The position numbers were made by a program, and so were the translations under genes. Below are positions 28,690 through 37,616 of a DNA stretch of 58,867 nucleotides, piece by piece. Position 1 is the stretch's first letter; each line of letters opens with the position of its first letter. Under the pieces are notes generated by a model that saw nothing but the letters and a program-made list of their open reading frames with translations, was not told the origin of the DNA and did no database searches. The stretch is from a virus (Duplodnaviria > Caudoviricetes), in the IMG/VR virus record IMGVR_UViG_3300049203_000265, positions 1 to 58,867 of that record; one strand, given 5' to 3'.

Positions 28690-28718
28690 AACTCCGGCGC
28701 CCGGCGCCGCACAATTAC

Positions 28719-28800
28719 CGCTCTCCGGGACGTTTTGGTGCGTATCCGGGAATCCCGGACGCTCTCTTCGTAGTTATACAAAGGTGCCGGCTCCCGGACG
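28719..28800 (+). repeat. dispersed ~82 bp TCCNGGA element, copy 1
   Basis: Aligns with 48971-49053 and the reverse complement of 56495-56575. Confidence 0.85.
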
Positions 28801-28820
28801 AATGGGCACAAAACGTTTAT

Positions 28821-28860
28821 AATCAAAGTAGTTTACACATCGCGCGTCAGGTGGTATAAT
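28821..28860 (+). promoter_or_regulatory. promoter AATCAAA-N4-TTTACA-N17-TATAAT
   Basis: Member of the repeated promoter family; upstream of primase. Confidence 0.8.
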
Positions 28861-28922
28861 AGTTGAGTCGTTCGGACGGCGTATCACCTCCGCGGGCTTC
28901 GTAATCCCGCCACAACCATCGT

Positions 28923-31331
28923 ATGTCAGAAGATCTCCAGACGGATCTGATCAGCGAGTTTTTCTCCGCAGGGTGGCGCGTCGCCCCCTTCATCAAGACC
29001 TCCGACGGGTATCTCGGGGTCAAGGCCTGGCCGAAGCGGGCGGCCAAGAACCACGCCGAACTGACCGAGCTGCTCGCCGAGCAGGCGGCGAAGTCCAGCA
29101 AAGTGCCGCTGATGGGCATCGTACCGGCGGCCGGAAGGTTCGTGGTCGACATCGACCTGAAGAACAACATCGGGGCACTCGACCTGTGGCGGAGCAAGGT
29201 CCACGAGATGACGGGCGACCTGTCACTCGCCACTCCGAACATGATCGTCAAGACCAAGTCGGGCGGGTACCACCTGTACTACTCCGATGGGTCCGACAGG
29301 CAGATCCACTCGCCGATCAGTGTGTTCGGCAAGGACTCGGGCATCGACGTGCGGGGCTTCACCGGGATGGTGATAGCCCCGACTTCCATCGGGACCGCCA
29401 ACGAGTGGCAGCCCGGCGAGTACACCATCATCAAGGGCCGGCCGTCCGACAAGCTGACCGTCCTGCAGATCGGCAAGGTGCTCGGGGACTCGTACGACGA
29501 GGTCGACCACTTCGTCCGCAACCTACTGGCCACCGTCAACGAGTGTCTGCGGAACGACTCCGTCGGCGAGCTGCACCGGCACAAACTGATCCCCGACTCG
29601 CTCGTCATACCGTCGTCCAGCCGCGACAACACCCTGTACCGGTGCGCGAGGCTCTGCCGGCTGTCCGGCATCTCGCAGGACGCCGCGCTCCAGTTCATGC
29701 ACGTGCTCGCCGCCAGGTGCGAGGCCACGCCCGAGGAACCGCTCGAACACTGGATAGCCCTCGCCTCCGACAAGGTGCGGCGCGTGTACGCCGACGAGAA
29801 GGAGATGCGGCTCAAGACCGTGTCGGCGCTCTACGAGGAGCTCGACAACGCCGGCACGGTGCTGCTGCGCGAGGTCGGTCGGGCCTTTTACTACTTCAGG
29901 CACGGCTCGAAACTGCTGAGGATCGAACCGAGGTCGATGTTCTCCACCGAGAACATCGGCAACGTGCTCCAGGGAATACAGATCGTCGGCGAGGAGGAGA
30001 CCGTCCCGGCCAAGAAAGTCGTCGGCTCGTACGCGCCGAAGGACGTGGCGGCCAACGCGGCGTTCTACCCCAAGAAGGACATGCCGTACTTCGAGTTCGA
30101 GGGCAAGCGCTTTGTCAACACCTACCACGACCCCTTCGCCACCTTCGAGCCCAACCGGGACTACTTCGAGCAGGCTCAGCCGTACGTCGAGCGGTTCACC
30201 CAGCTCGTGCGCCACATCACCGGCCACGAGGACAACGACGATGTGCGATTGCTTGACAAGCTCGCGTGGATCGTGCAGCGCCCCTACCGCAAGCTGCCCA
30301 CTGGTACGATCATCTACTCGCACACGCGGGGTTCGGGCAAGGACGTGTTTATGTCTGTCGTTCGGGAGCTGATCGGCCGGCAGTACTACATGCCCATCAG
30401 CCTCAGCTCCATCGAGTCCAAGCACGCCATCTTCCACGAGCGGATCATGTGCGTGGCGTCGGAGGTCCAGCTGCAGACGAGCGCCCGCGGCAATATCGCG
30501 GCCGCCAGCTTCATGGGCAAGATCAAGGACCTCGTGACGGCGAAGAACGTGCAGGTCGAGCCGAAATTCCAGCAGCCGTACAACGCTCCCTTCTTCGCCA
30601 ATTTCACCATCCTGTCCAACTTCGAGCTGTCCTCGATCATCGAATCCGGCGACCGGCGGTGGGACATCTACCACGCCACCGAGGAGAAGCTCGACCAGAA
30701 GCTCTTCGGCGAGCTGGCCGACGTGGGCAACGACGGCGTGTGGCTCGACAAGCCCGCCAAGATGCAGGAGCTGCGGCGCCACATCGTCTACGTCATCCGG
30801 CAGTCACTCATCGAGCGGCACATCGACCCGCACTTCGACCGCACCGAGGCGGTGATGAACGAGGTGAAGGCCACTCTGATGGAGCACCACAACCCGCCGG
30901 CGATGGACTGGATGTTCAACTCACTGCCGCCCTACTTCACCGAGGACGTGGCACAGGTCGCCTGCCTGTTCTGCCCGATGCGGGCGCACCCCGAGTACAT
31001 CATGAAGCAGTTGCGGGAACACTTCGGCCCGAAGATGCAGCCGGTCTACCGCTCCGGCCGGCAGGCGTTCAGGCTGAACGGTGCTCCGAAGCTGGAGCTT
31101 AGGACGGACGGCACCCACAACGTGCCGGTGCTGAACTTCGACGTGAAGACGAACGACTCGTCCTGCCGCAAGCCGGTGTACACGTTCGGCAAGCTGCGGG
31201 ACGCCGTGCCGAGCGACGCACAGGTCCGCCACATCCTGATGGACTGGTACCGTGCGATGCGGGAACGGTACCTCGGCGCCACGACCAACCTGCCCAGCCA
31301 GAAGCCCGTTGCAGGGCCCGAATTGATTTGA
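28923..31331 (+). CDS. bifunctional primase-polymerase (Prim-Pol) fused to SF3-like helicase
   Basis: VVDIDLK, TKSGGYHLYY, GIDVRG; SRDNTLYR; P-loop HTRGSGKD; motif C ILSN. Confidence 0.88.
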   Translation: MSEDLQTDLISEFFSAGWRVAPFIKTSDGYLGVKAWPKRAAKNHAELTELLAEQAAKSSKVPLMGIVPAAGRFVVDIDLKNNIGALDLWRSKVHEMTGDLSLATPNMIVKTKSGGYHLYYSDGSDRQIHSPISVFGKDSGIDVRGFTGMVIAPTSIGTANEWQPGEYTIIKGRPSDKLTVLQIGKVLGDSYDEVDHFVRNLLATVNECLRNDSVGELHRHKLIPDSLVIPSSSRDNTLYRCARLCRLSGISQDAALQFMHVLAARCEATPEEPLEHWIALASDKVRRVYADEKEMRLKTVSALYEELDNAGTVLLREVGRAFYYFRHGSKLLRIEPRSMFSTENIGNVLQGIQIVGEEETVPAKKVVGSYAPKDVAANAAFYPKKDMPYFEFEGKRFVNTYHDPFATFEPNRDYFEQAQPYVERFTQLVRHITGHEDNDDVRLLDKLAWIVQRPYRKLPTGTIIYSHTRGSGKDVFMSVVRELIGRQYYMPISLSSIESKHAIFHERIMCVASEVQLQTSARGNIAAASFMGKIKDLVTAKNVQVEPKFQQPYNAPFFANFTILSNFELSSIIESGDRRWDIYHATEEKLDQKLFGELADVGNDGVWLDKPAKMQELRRHIVYVIRQSLIERHIDPHFDRTEAVMNEVKATLMEHHNPPAMDWMFNSLPPYFTEDVAQVACLFCPMRAHPEYIMKQLREHFGPKMQPVYRSGRQAFRLNGAPKLELRTDGTHNVPVLNFDVKTNDSSCRKPVYTFGKLRDAVPSDAQVRHILMDWYRAMRERYLGATTNLPSQKPVAGPELI

Positions 31332-31369
31332 TCAAAGCGGTGTACATTCCGGAAAGAACGAGGTATAAT
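31330..31369 (+). promoter_or_regulatory. promoter GATCAAA-N4-TGTACA-N17-TATAAT
   Basis: Repeated motif; ATG only 7 nt after the -10 box, so possibly leaderless. Confidence 0.8.
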
Positions 31370-31376
31370 AGCTGAC

Positions 31377-33221
31377 ATGCACGCACTGGACTTGGAGACG
31401 GCGCCCAACACCGGCGACCTGTCCAACGGTTGGGCCCTCGAGCCGTGGCGCGCCCGGCAGGGCAAGGCCCGCATCACGAGCGTCGCCGTGTACGGCGACA
31501 AGGTCCGCAAACAGATCCTCGAGCCGAAGCGCGAGCAGCTGATCGAGCTGCTCGAGGAGCTGGCCGGCGAGGAGGTGTACGCGCACTGGGCACTGTTCGA
31601 CATCGCGTGGCTGATCGCCTCGGTCGAGCCGAACCGGATGGCCCGCCTGCACGAGGCGGTCAAGCGTGTGAGGTGGCGCGACACGGCCCTCCTCGCCAAG
31701 TGGTGCATCAACGGCCGCAAGGCCGACGACATGTACTTCAGCTACGCACTGCTGAACCTCATCAACGTCTTCAAGGGCAAGATGGGATACGAGGGCGCGG
31801 ACGAATTCATCCGCATGAAGCAGGCCGAGGCGCTCGAACAGACCGACGAGTACTGGCAGAAGCGCGGCGAGCAGGACGTGCTGTGGACCTACCGCCTGGC
31901 CAAGTTCCTCGAGTCGCAGCTGCCGGCGCCGTGCCGCCGCGGCTTCGTCATCGAACAGAGGTCCCTACCCCAAATCGCCAACAGCTGGCTGATAGGCATG
32001 TATGTCGACCAGGATGCGTTCAAGAAAGCGGAGGCTCAGATCGAGAGCGACATCGCCGCGGGGTGCCGGGAGCTCGGACTTTCTGAGGCAGTTGTCGGAT
32101 CTCCAGCTCAGCTTGGCCGCGTTGTCTTTGGCGAGTGGGGATTTCAGCCTATCGCTACGACTCCTACGGGACAGCCTAAGGCCGACGCGGATACGTGGAT
32201 TGTTCTGGCGTACCAGTTTGGCGACCCGAGACTTAAGACTCTTCTCAAAACTCGGCAAGCACTTACCCTTCGATCCAAATACATCCGCACCGTTTACGAT
32301 GCTCTCGCTCACACCGGCGACGGGTACATGTACGGGAAGCCCCAGCTGTTCGGGACCACCTCCGGTCGGCTGACGATGACGAGCGAGACCGTCAAGGGCA
32401 TGAAGGTCTCCATGGCGATGCACCAGATACCGCGCAAGGACAAGATCATCCGCGCGTTCATGTCGCCCCCGCCGGGCTACAAGATCTTCGAGACCGACGC
32501 CGCGGCGCAGGAGTCGCGCATCATGGGCATCTGGTCTGGTGACGAGGAGATCACCCGCATCTTCAACGAGGGGATCAACTTCCACTCGAGCATGGCGTGC
32601 GAGATCTACCACATCCCGTACGAGACGTTCCAGGCCGAGCTGAAGAGGGAGAATCCGCAGTACATCGAGTTCCGGCAGATGGGCAAGCTGACCAACCTGT
32701 CGTGCAACTTCCGCATCGGCGGCAAGAAGCTGGCGATGAAGTCCCTGACGGAGTACGACAGCTACATGACCGAGATGGACGGCCGCAAACTGGTCCGGAC
32801 CTTCCAGCGCAAGTATCCGATGGTGCCGGCCTACTGGAACGCCATCATCGAGTTCGCTAAGCAGAACGGCTACAGCTACACGCTAGCCCAGCGCAGGTGG
32901 AAGGTGCCGACCGAGATGCTGAACTCCGGCGACGCGTGGAAAGTCGAAGGTACGGTCATCAGCCACCCGATCCAGGGCACCGGCGGCGAGATGTTTTTGG
33001 CAGCCCTTAGCCAGGTGCCGGAGGCGAGGATGCAGACCAGCCTACACGACGGCATCTTCTGGATGGTGGAGGACTCTCCGTACGGTCAGCAGGAGGCCGA
33101 CGAGATCCTGCACCGCATGAACAGCACCCCGTACGCCAAGCTGTGGGACATGGCCGAGCTGCCGATCCCGCTGCTGTACGAGGGCACGCGACTCGGGAGC
33201 TCGTATGCCGACGTCAAGTGA
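31377..33221 (+). CDS. polA: DNA polymerase family A with 3'-5' exonuclease
   Basis: ALDLET (ExoI), TTSGRL, motif A DAAAQESR, motif B RQMGKLTNLSCNFR, IQGTG, motif C LHDG. Confidence 0.92.
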   Translation: MHALDLETAPNTGDLSNGWALEPWRARQGKARITSVAVYGDKVRKQILEPKREQLIELLEELAGEEVYAHWALFDIAWLIASVEPNRMARLHEAVKRVRWRDTALLAKWCINGRKADDMYFSYALLNLINVFKGKMGYEGADEFIRMKQAEALEQTDEYWQKRGEQDVLWTYRLAKFLESQLPAPCRRGFVIEQRSLPQIANSWLIGMYVDQDAFKKAEAQIESDIAAGCRELGLSEAVVGSPAQLGRVVFGEWGFQPIATTPTGQPKADADTWIVLAYQFGDPRLKTLLKTRQALTLRSKYIRTVYDALAHTGDGYMYGKPQLFGTTSGRLTMTSETVKGMKVSMAMHQIPRKDKIIRAFMSPPPGYKIFETDAAAQESRIMGIWSGDEEITRIFNEGINFHSSMACEIYHIPYETFQAELKRENPQYIEFRQMGKLTNLSCNFRIGGKKLAMKSLTEYDSYMTEMDGRKLVRTFQRKYPMVPAYWNAIIEFAKQNGYSYTLAQRRWKVPTEMLNSGDAWKVEGTVISHPIQGTGGEMFLAALSQVPEARMQTSLHDGIFWMVEDSPYGQQEADEILHRMNSTPYAKLWDMAELPIPLLYEGTRLGSSYADVK

Positions 33222-33387
33222 GGGTCGCCTGCACGTACACCCGCTGAACGACTTGCGAGAGCACGTCGTCGACCCCGACGTCGAATGTTGGTGCAATCCG
33301 ACGTACGACGAAGAGTACGATCTCGTGATTCACAACTCGCTAGACGGCCGGGAACTGTACGAGACCGGCGAGAGGCTGCCGCAATGA
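33205..33387 (+). CDS. small His/Cys hypothetical protein
   Basis: HVHPLNDLREH...CWCNP...VIHNSLDGRE. Confidence 0.65.
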   Translation: MPTSSEGRLHVHPLNDLREHVVDPDVECWCNPTYDEEYDLVIHNSLDGRELYETGERLPQ

Positions 33388-33620
33388 ACTGGGACGTCGA
33401 GCGGCGAGAGCCGTATACGGTCGTCGGTATCCGCCGGCTGGCGTGCATCAGGTGCGGTGGAGCCGCCGAGGAGCAGTGGCAGATCTGTGCGGACCGGAAC
33501 CGGTTCAGGCCGATATGTCTGCCGTGCGACGTCGCGCTCAACCGCCTCGTCCTCGAATTCATGAGGCACCCGAACGTCGAAGACGTGATGCAACGGTACA
33601 CGAAGGAGAAACTGGTTTGA
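33384..33620 (+). CDS. zinc-finger hypothetical protein
   Basis: CIRC...C...CLPC; ATGA overlap. Confidence 0.65.
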   Translation: MNWDVERREPYTVVGIRRLACIRCGGAAEEQWQICADRNRFRPICLPCDVALNRLVLEFMRHPNVEDVMQRYTKEKLV

Positions 33621-34300
33621 TCGCACTATCCTGGTCGCGCCTCTCGGACTACATGCAGTGTCCGAAGAAGTTCCACCTCAAATACATCTCGAAGTCGTTC
33701 CCGAAGGAGGACGAGAACAACGTCCACTTTGTGAAGGGCCGGTCCATCCACAAGCAGCTGGAGGACTACGTGATCGCCAAGAACGGGCAGGGCGAGATGC
33801 CGTTGGGCTTCACGCCCGAGGTCAAGCAGGCCCTGCCGTACGTGGACAAGCTCTATGCCAAATTCTCCCAGGTCCACCCCGAAGCACAGATCGCCACCGA
33901 CGTCAACTGGAAGCCGACCGACTGGTTCGCACCCAACACGGCTTGGCGGGCTATTTGGGACGTTGTCGGACTCGCACCTGCTACGTGTTACGTCGGTGAC
34001 TACAAGTCCGGCAAGGTCTATCCGTACGGTAGTTCATACGGCCAGCTGCACCTATCAGCTGTCATTGCGCTCAATCGATTTCCCGAAGTGCCGGAAGTCA
34101 ATTCTGCCTACATCTACGTCGAGCACAAGCAGATCATGCCGGTGAAGGTGACGCGCGCCGACCTGCCGCAGGTGCAGGCCCACTTCGAGGCCAAGTTCCA
34201 GGAGGTACAGCACGAGACGGCGTGGGAGCCCAAGCAGAACGAGAACTGTAAGTGGTGCCCCGCCACCAAGGGACAGTGCAAGTATTCGAGGAAGCTTTGA
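33617..34300 (+). CDS. PD-(D/E)XK Cas4/RecB-like exonuclease
   Basis: SWSRLSDYMQCP, G..IH..LE, DYKSGK, QL.L, CKWCP....C. Confidence 0.85.
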   Translation: MIALSWSRLSDYMQCPKKFHLKYISKSFPKEDENNVHFVKGRSIHKQLEDYVIAKNGQGEMPLGFTPEVKQALPYVDKLYAKFSQVHPEAQIATDVNWKPTDWFAPNTAWRAIWDVVGLAPATCYVGDYKSGKVYPYGSSYGQLHLSAVIALNRFPEVPEVNSAYIYVEHKQIMPVKVTRADLPQVQAHFEAKFQEVQHETAWEPKQNENCKWCPATKGQCKYSRKL

Positions 34301-34671
34301 CGCCCGAGGGCAAGGTAAAGGAGTGGATCAAGCGTTGGCTCGACAAGCACGAGCCGACACACTGGCGCGTCATGCCGCGGGGAGGCCCGTTCGGCAAGGG
34401 CGGAACGCCTGACTTCATCCTCTGCTGGAGGGGCATCTTCGTCGCCATCGAGGCCAAGGCCGAGGACGGCACAGTGTCACCGCTGCAGATGAATCAGCTG
34501 AGGAACATACAGGCGGCCGGGGGTGTGGCCGCTGTGGTCCGAGGCAAGGACGAGACGCGCATGCGCGCCATCATGTACGAGGTGCACAGAAGATGTCATT
34601 CAGTATTGACCAGTACGCCTGGCCAGCTTTCCAGGGCCGAAAGCCCTTCAGCCACCAGCGCAGTACAGTAG
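34297..34671 (+). CDS. VRR-NUC nuclease / resolvase
   Basis: TPEGKVK...GTPDFI...AIEAKA...SPLQ. Confidence 0.85.
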   Translation: MTPEGKVKEWIKRWLDKHEPTHWRVMPRGGPFGKGGTPDFILCWRGIFVAIEAKAEDGTVSPLQMNQLRNIQAAGGVAAVVRGKDETRMRAIMYEVHRRCHSVLTSTPGQLSRAESPSATSAVQ

Positions 34672-35981
34672 CTTTCCTCCTCCGCAACAAGCGGGCGTTC
34701 GTGCTCAACGACATGGGCACGGGCAAGACGCTCTCCGCCGTCTGGGCGGCCGACATACTGCTGGAGGCCCAGAAGATCAGGCGCGTGCTCGTGGTCGGAC
34801 CGCTGTCCACCATGAAGTCGGTGTGGGGCAACGAGCTGTACCTGAACGTGCCCCACCGCAAGTTCGCCATCCTCCACGGCACCAGGCAGCAGCGCCTGGA
34901 GCGGCTGCACTCCGGCGCGGAGTTCTTCATCATCAACCACGACGGCATCAAGTCGATCGAGGACGAGCTGATAGCCTTCGGCTTCGACGTGCTGATCATC
35001 GACGAGCTGACGGCTTTCAAGTCGCACAGCTCCGACCGGTCCAAGACGATGAAGCGGATCGCGGACACGTGCCGCGCGGTGTGGGGCATGACCGGCGACC
35101 TGACGCCGAACTCTCCGCTCGAGGCCTACATGCCGGTCAAGATCGTGAACCCGGCCAGCCACTACCTGCCGAGGTACTTCGGCGTGTACCGCGACGCGTG
35201 CATGATACAGGTCAACGAGCAGTACTGGGTGCCGAAGCCCGAGGCCCCTCAGATCGTGTCGATGTGCGTTCAGCCGGCGATCCGCTACACGCGAGAGCAG
35301 TGCCTCGACCTGCCCGACACCACCTACCAGGTGCTCGAGATCCCGATGACCGCCGAGCAGCGGAAGTTCTACGACGCGATGAAGAAGCAGGCCCTCATCG
35401 ATACGGAGAACGGGACGATCACCGCGGCCAACGCGGCGGTCGTGCTGAACAAGCTCCTGCAGATCTCGGCCGGCGCGGTGAAGAACGACGACGGTGGGGT
35501 GGTCGAGATCGGCTGCCAGGACCGGATGGAGGCGCTCCTCCAGCTGTACGACGAGACGCCGCAGAAGAAGCTCGTGATATTCGCGACGTACCGTGCTACG
35601 ATCGACATGCTCGTGCGGGAGTTCACCAAACACAAGATTTCGGTGGCGAAGATCGACGGCGACGTGCCGCAGAACCTACGCGCGTCGCACATCGACCGCT
35701 TTCAGCGCGGCGACCTGAGCGTGCTCGTGCTGCAGCCGCAGTCGTCGGCGCACGGCATCACACTGACCGCGTCGTCCACCGTCGTGTGGTTCAGCCTCGT
35801 GCCGAGCAACGAGCTCTTCCAGCAAGGCAACGCGCGCATCGTGCGCGCGGGCCAGAACTTGAAGACCTTCATCTATCTGATGGTGGGTAGCAAGGCCGAG
35901 AAGCACGTGGCCCGCATCCTGCAGCGCAAGGACAACTTGTCTCGGGAGATTCTGGATCTGTTCCGGGCCGGGGATCTCTAA
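34593..35981 (+). CDS. SNF2-like SF2 helicase
   Basis: DMGTGKT, IIDELT, MTG, HGITLT, QGNARIVRAGQ. Confidence 0.9.
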   Translation: MSFSIDQYAWPAFQGRKPFSHQRSTVAFLLRNKRAFVLNDMGTGKTLSAVWAADILLEAQKIRRVLVVGPLSTMKSVWGNELYLNVPHRKFAILHGTRQQRLERLHSGAEFFIINHDGIKSIEDELIAFGFDVLIIDELTAFKSHSSDRSKTMKRIADTCRAVWGMTGDLTPNSPLEAYMPVKIVNPASHYLPRYFGVYRDACMIQVNEQYWVPKPEAPQIVSMCVQPAIRYTREQCLDLPDTTYQVLEIPMTAEQRKFYDAMKKQALIDTENGTITAANAAVVLNKLLQISAGAVKNDDGGVVEIGCQDRMEALLQLYDETPQKKLVIFATYRATIDMLVREFTKHKISVAKIDGDVPQNLRASHIDRFQRGDLSVLVLQPQSSAHGITLTASSTVVWFSLVPSNELFQQGNARIVRAGQNLKTFIYLMVGSKAEKHVARILQRKDNLSREILDLFRAGDL

Positions 35982-36019
35982 TCAAAACGGTGTACACATA
36001 CGATCAACCGTGTTATAAT
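35980..36019 (+). promoter_or_regulatory. promoter AATCAAA-N4-TGTACA-N17-TATAAT
   Basis: Repeated motif. Confidence 0.8.
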
Positions 36020-36031
36020 AGGTGAACGACG

Positions 36032-36577
36032 ATGAGCAACATCCCTGATTTCGAGGACAGTGATCTCGACCCGGAGTGGGGCGAGGTGGACTTCGACGAT
36101 ACCAGCAAGAGCCCGAAGTTCTTCCCGATGCCGGCGCACGCGGTCGAGGATCCCGAAGTGTTCAAGACGATGCTCGAGAGCAAGGTCGACGGGCTGATCC
36201 TGATGTACCGTGAGATCCGTGACCAGCTCGGGACCGACCGCCATGGCTGGAAGGCCCGAGACGAGCTCATGAAGCGGCGCATGCTGCTCATCAGTTCGGA
36301 GCTCATGCGCCGTGGCGAGGCGCTCGGCGTGGACTCCTTCCGCACCGACCAGGGTACTGCCTACAAGCACACTAAGGAGAAGTTCAAGATCGAGAACTGG
36401 GACGAGGTGCGCGAGTACCTCGACGAGACCCACAACTACCACATCCTGCAGAAGCGCGTGTCGCCCGACGCGGTGCGTGGCATCCGCACGGAGGACGGCT
36501 CGCTCCCGAAGGGCGTGGGCGTCTTCGAAGAAGTCGAATTTGCGGTTCGCACGCCGACCGTCCGCAAATTCAAATAG
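36032..36577 (+). CDS. conserved replication-module hypothetical protein
   Basis: Coiled coil then SFRTDQGT...NWD...LQKRVS...LPKGV. Confidence 0.7.
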   Translation: MSNIPDFEDSDLDPEWGEVDFDDTSKSPKFFPMPAHAVEDPEVFKTMLESKVDGLILMYREIRDQLGTDRHGWKARDELMKRRMLLISSELMRRGEALGVDSFRTDQGTAYKHTKEKFKIENWDEVREYLDETHNYHILQKRVSPDAVRGIRTEDGSLPKGVGVFEEVEFAVRTPTVRKFK

Positions 36578-36595
36578 TCGGCTGGAGTAATAGAC

Positions 36596-37492
36596 ATGAG
36601 CATGGAAGTTCCGGAGTATCTGCGATCGGGCCCCGGCGCCGACGCTGCCAAGAAGGCCCTGGCGGACGCGGCGTCGATGGCCGCCTCGTCCAACAGTGTG
36701 CCCCGCATCAGCCTTCGAGGCCGCGAATTCCGCGTCATCGAAAACGGCGAGGAGATCAAGAAGTACCGCGACGAGATGCAGTTCGTCATCGTCGGCGTCG
36801 AGCCGGACGCGGGCTTCATGATCAAGACGTTCTACTCCAAGGGTTACCAGTCCGGCGCGAAGGAGCCGCCGTCCTGCAGCTCGGAGGACGGCATCGCGCC
36901 CGCGCCGTGGGTGCAGGAGAAGCAGGCTCCGACCTGCCGTCAGTGCCCGAAGAACGTGTTCGGTTCGGCCATCAGCCCGAGCGGCAAGCAGACCAAGGCC
37001 TGCCGTGACAGCAAGCGGGCGTGGATCGTGCTGGCCGACGACCCGAGGCCGGTGCACGAGCGCACTCTCTACGGCCTGAACGTGACGGTCGCCTCGCTGA
37101 AGGCGTTCTCGGACCACGGCCGCAAGCTGCACGCGGCCGGCGTGGCGCCGTTCATGGCGATCACGCGCGCCAAGATGATGGACGCGGAGTTCCCGCAGCT
37201 CGACTTCGAGTTGGCGGGGTGGGTCAGCCAGTCGGACCTGCCGCAAGTGACGAAGCTGAACATGGACAAGCCGTGGAAGATCCAGTTCGCCGGTGCGGGC
37301 CTCGCACTGGCAATGAGCGGCGGTGCGGACGCGTCTACGGCGCGGGCCACCCTGCCCACCAGCCTGCCGGGCCAAACGGAGCGAGCGGCGCAAGCTCCAG
37401 TGATGCAGGCGCCTGCATCGCAGCCCGTGCAGGACGCGGTGGTCCGCTCGCCCATCCCCGACGTCGGCAACACGGACGTCGACAGCTGGTAA
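36596..37492 (+). CDS. putative ssDNA-binding/annealing protein
   Basis: PSCSSEDG, CRQCPKNVFGS, KACR; low-complexity linker and acidic aromatic end (DVDSW). Confidence 0.6.
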   Translation: MSMEVPEYLRSGPGADAAKKALADAASMAASSNSVPRISLRGREFRVIENGEEIKKYRDEMQFVIVGVEPDAGFMIKTFYSKGYQSGAKEPPSCSSEDGIAPAPWVQEKQAPTCRQCPKNVFGSAISPSGKQTKACRDSKRAWIVLADDPRPVHERTLYGLNVTVASLKAFSDHGRKLHAAGVAPFMAITRAKMMDAEFPQLDFELAGWVSQSDLPQVTKLNMDKPWKIQFAGAGLALAMSGGADASTARATLPTSLPGQTERAAQAPVMQAPASQPVQDAVVRSPIPDVGNTDVDSW

Positions 37493-37493
37493 C

Positions 37494-37602
37494 ACCGGAG
37501 ACCGAATGGCGGGGTGCCGAGGCAGGTAGCCCGTCGCTCAGCGTATGAGCAGAATTAGGTCGTAGTTCCGGTCGAGCTGGGCATCTCTCGAAACTGCCCA
37601 CC
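37494..37602 (+). ncRNA. candidate structured leader of the modification operon
   Basis: Nested stems ACCGGAG/TTCCGGT, GGCGGG/CCCGTC, GCTCA/TGAGC, then a TGGGCA/TGCCCA hairpin. Confidence 0.45.
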
Positions 37603-37616
37603 AATTCGGAGGAATC

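Noticed and set aside
30241-30372. Cys-rich +1 ORF within the primase-helicase
   Set aside because: Short, only slight GC3 dip, no RBS; too weak compared with the polA and deaminase cases
33617-34300. Cas4 / CRISPR system
   Set aside because: No repeat-spacer array or other cas genes; a common phage PD-(D/E)XK exonuclease
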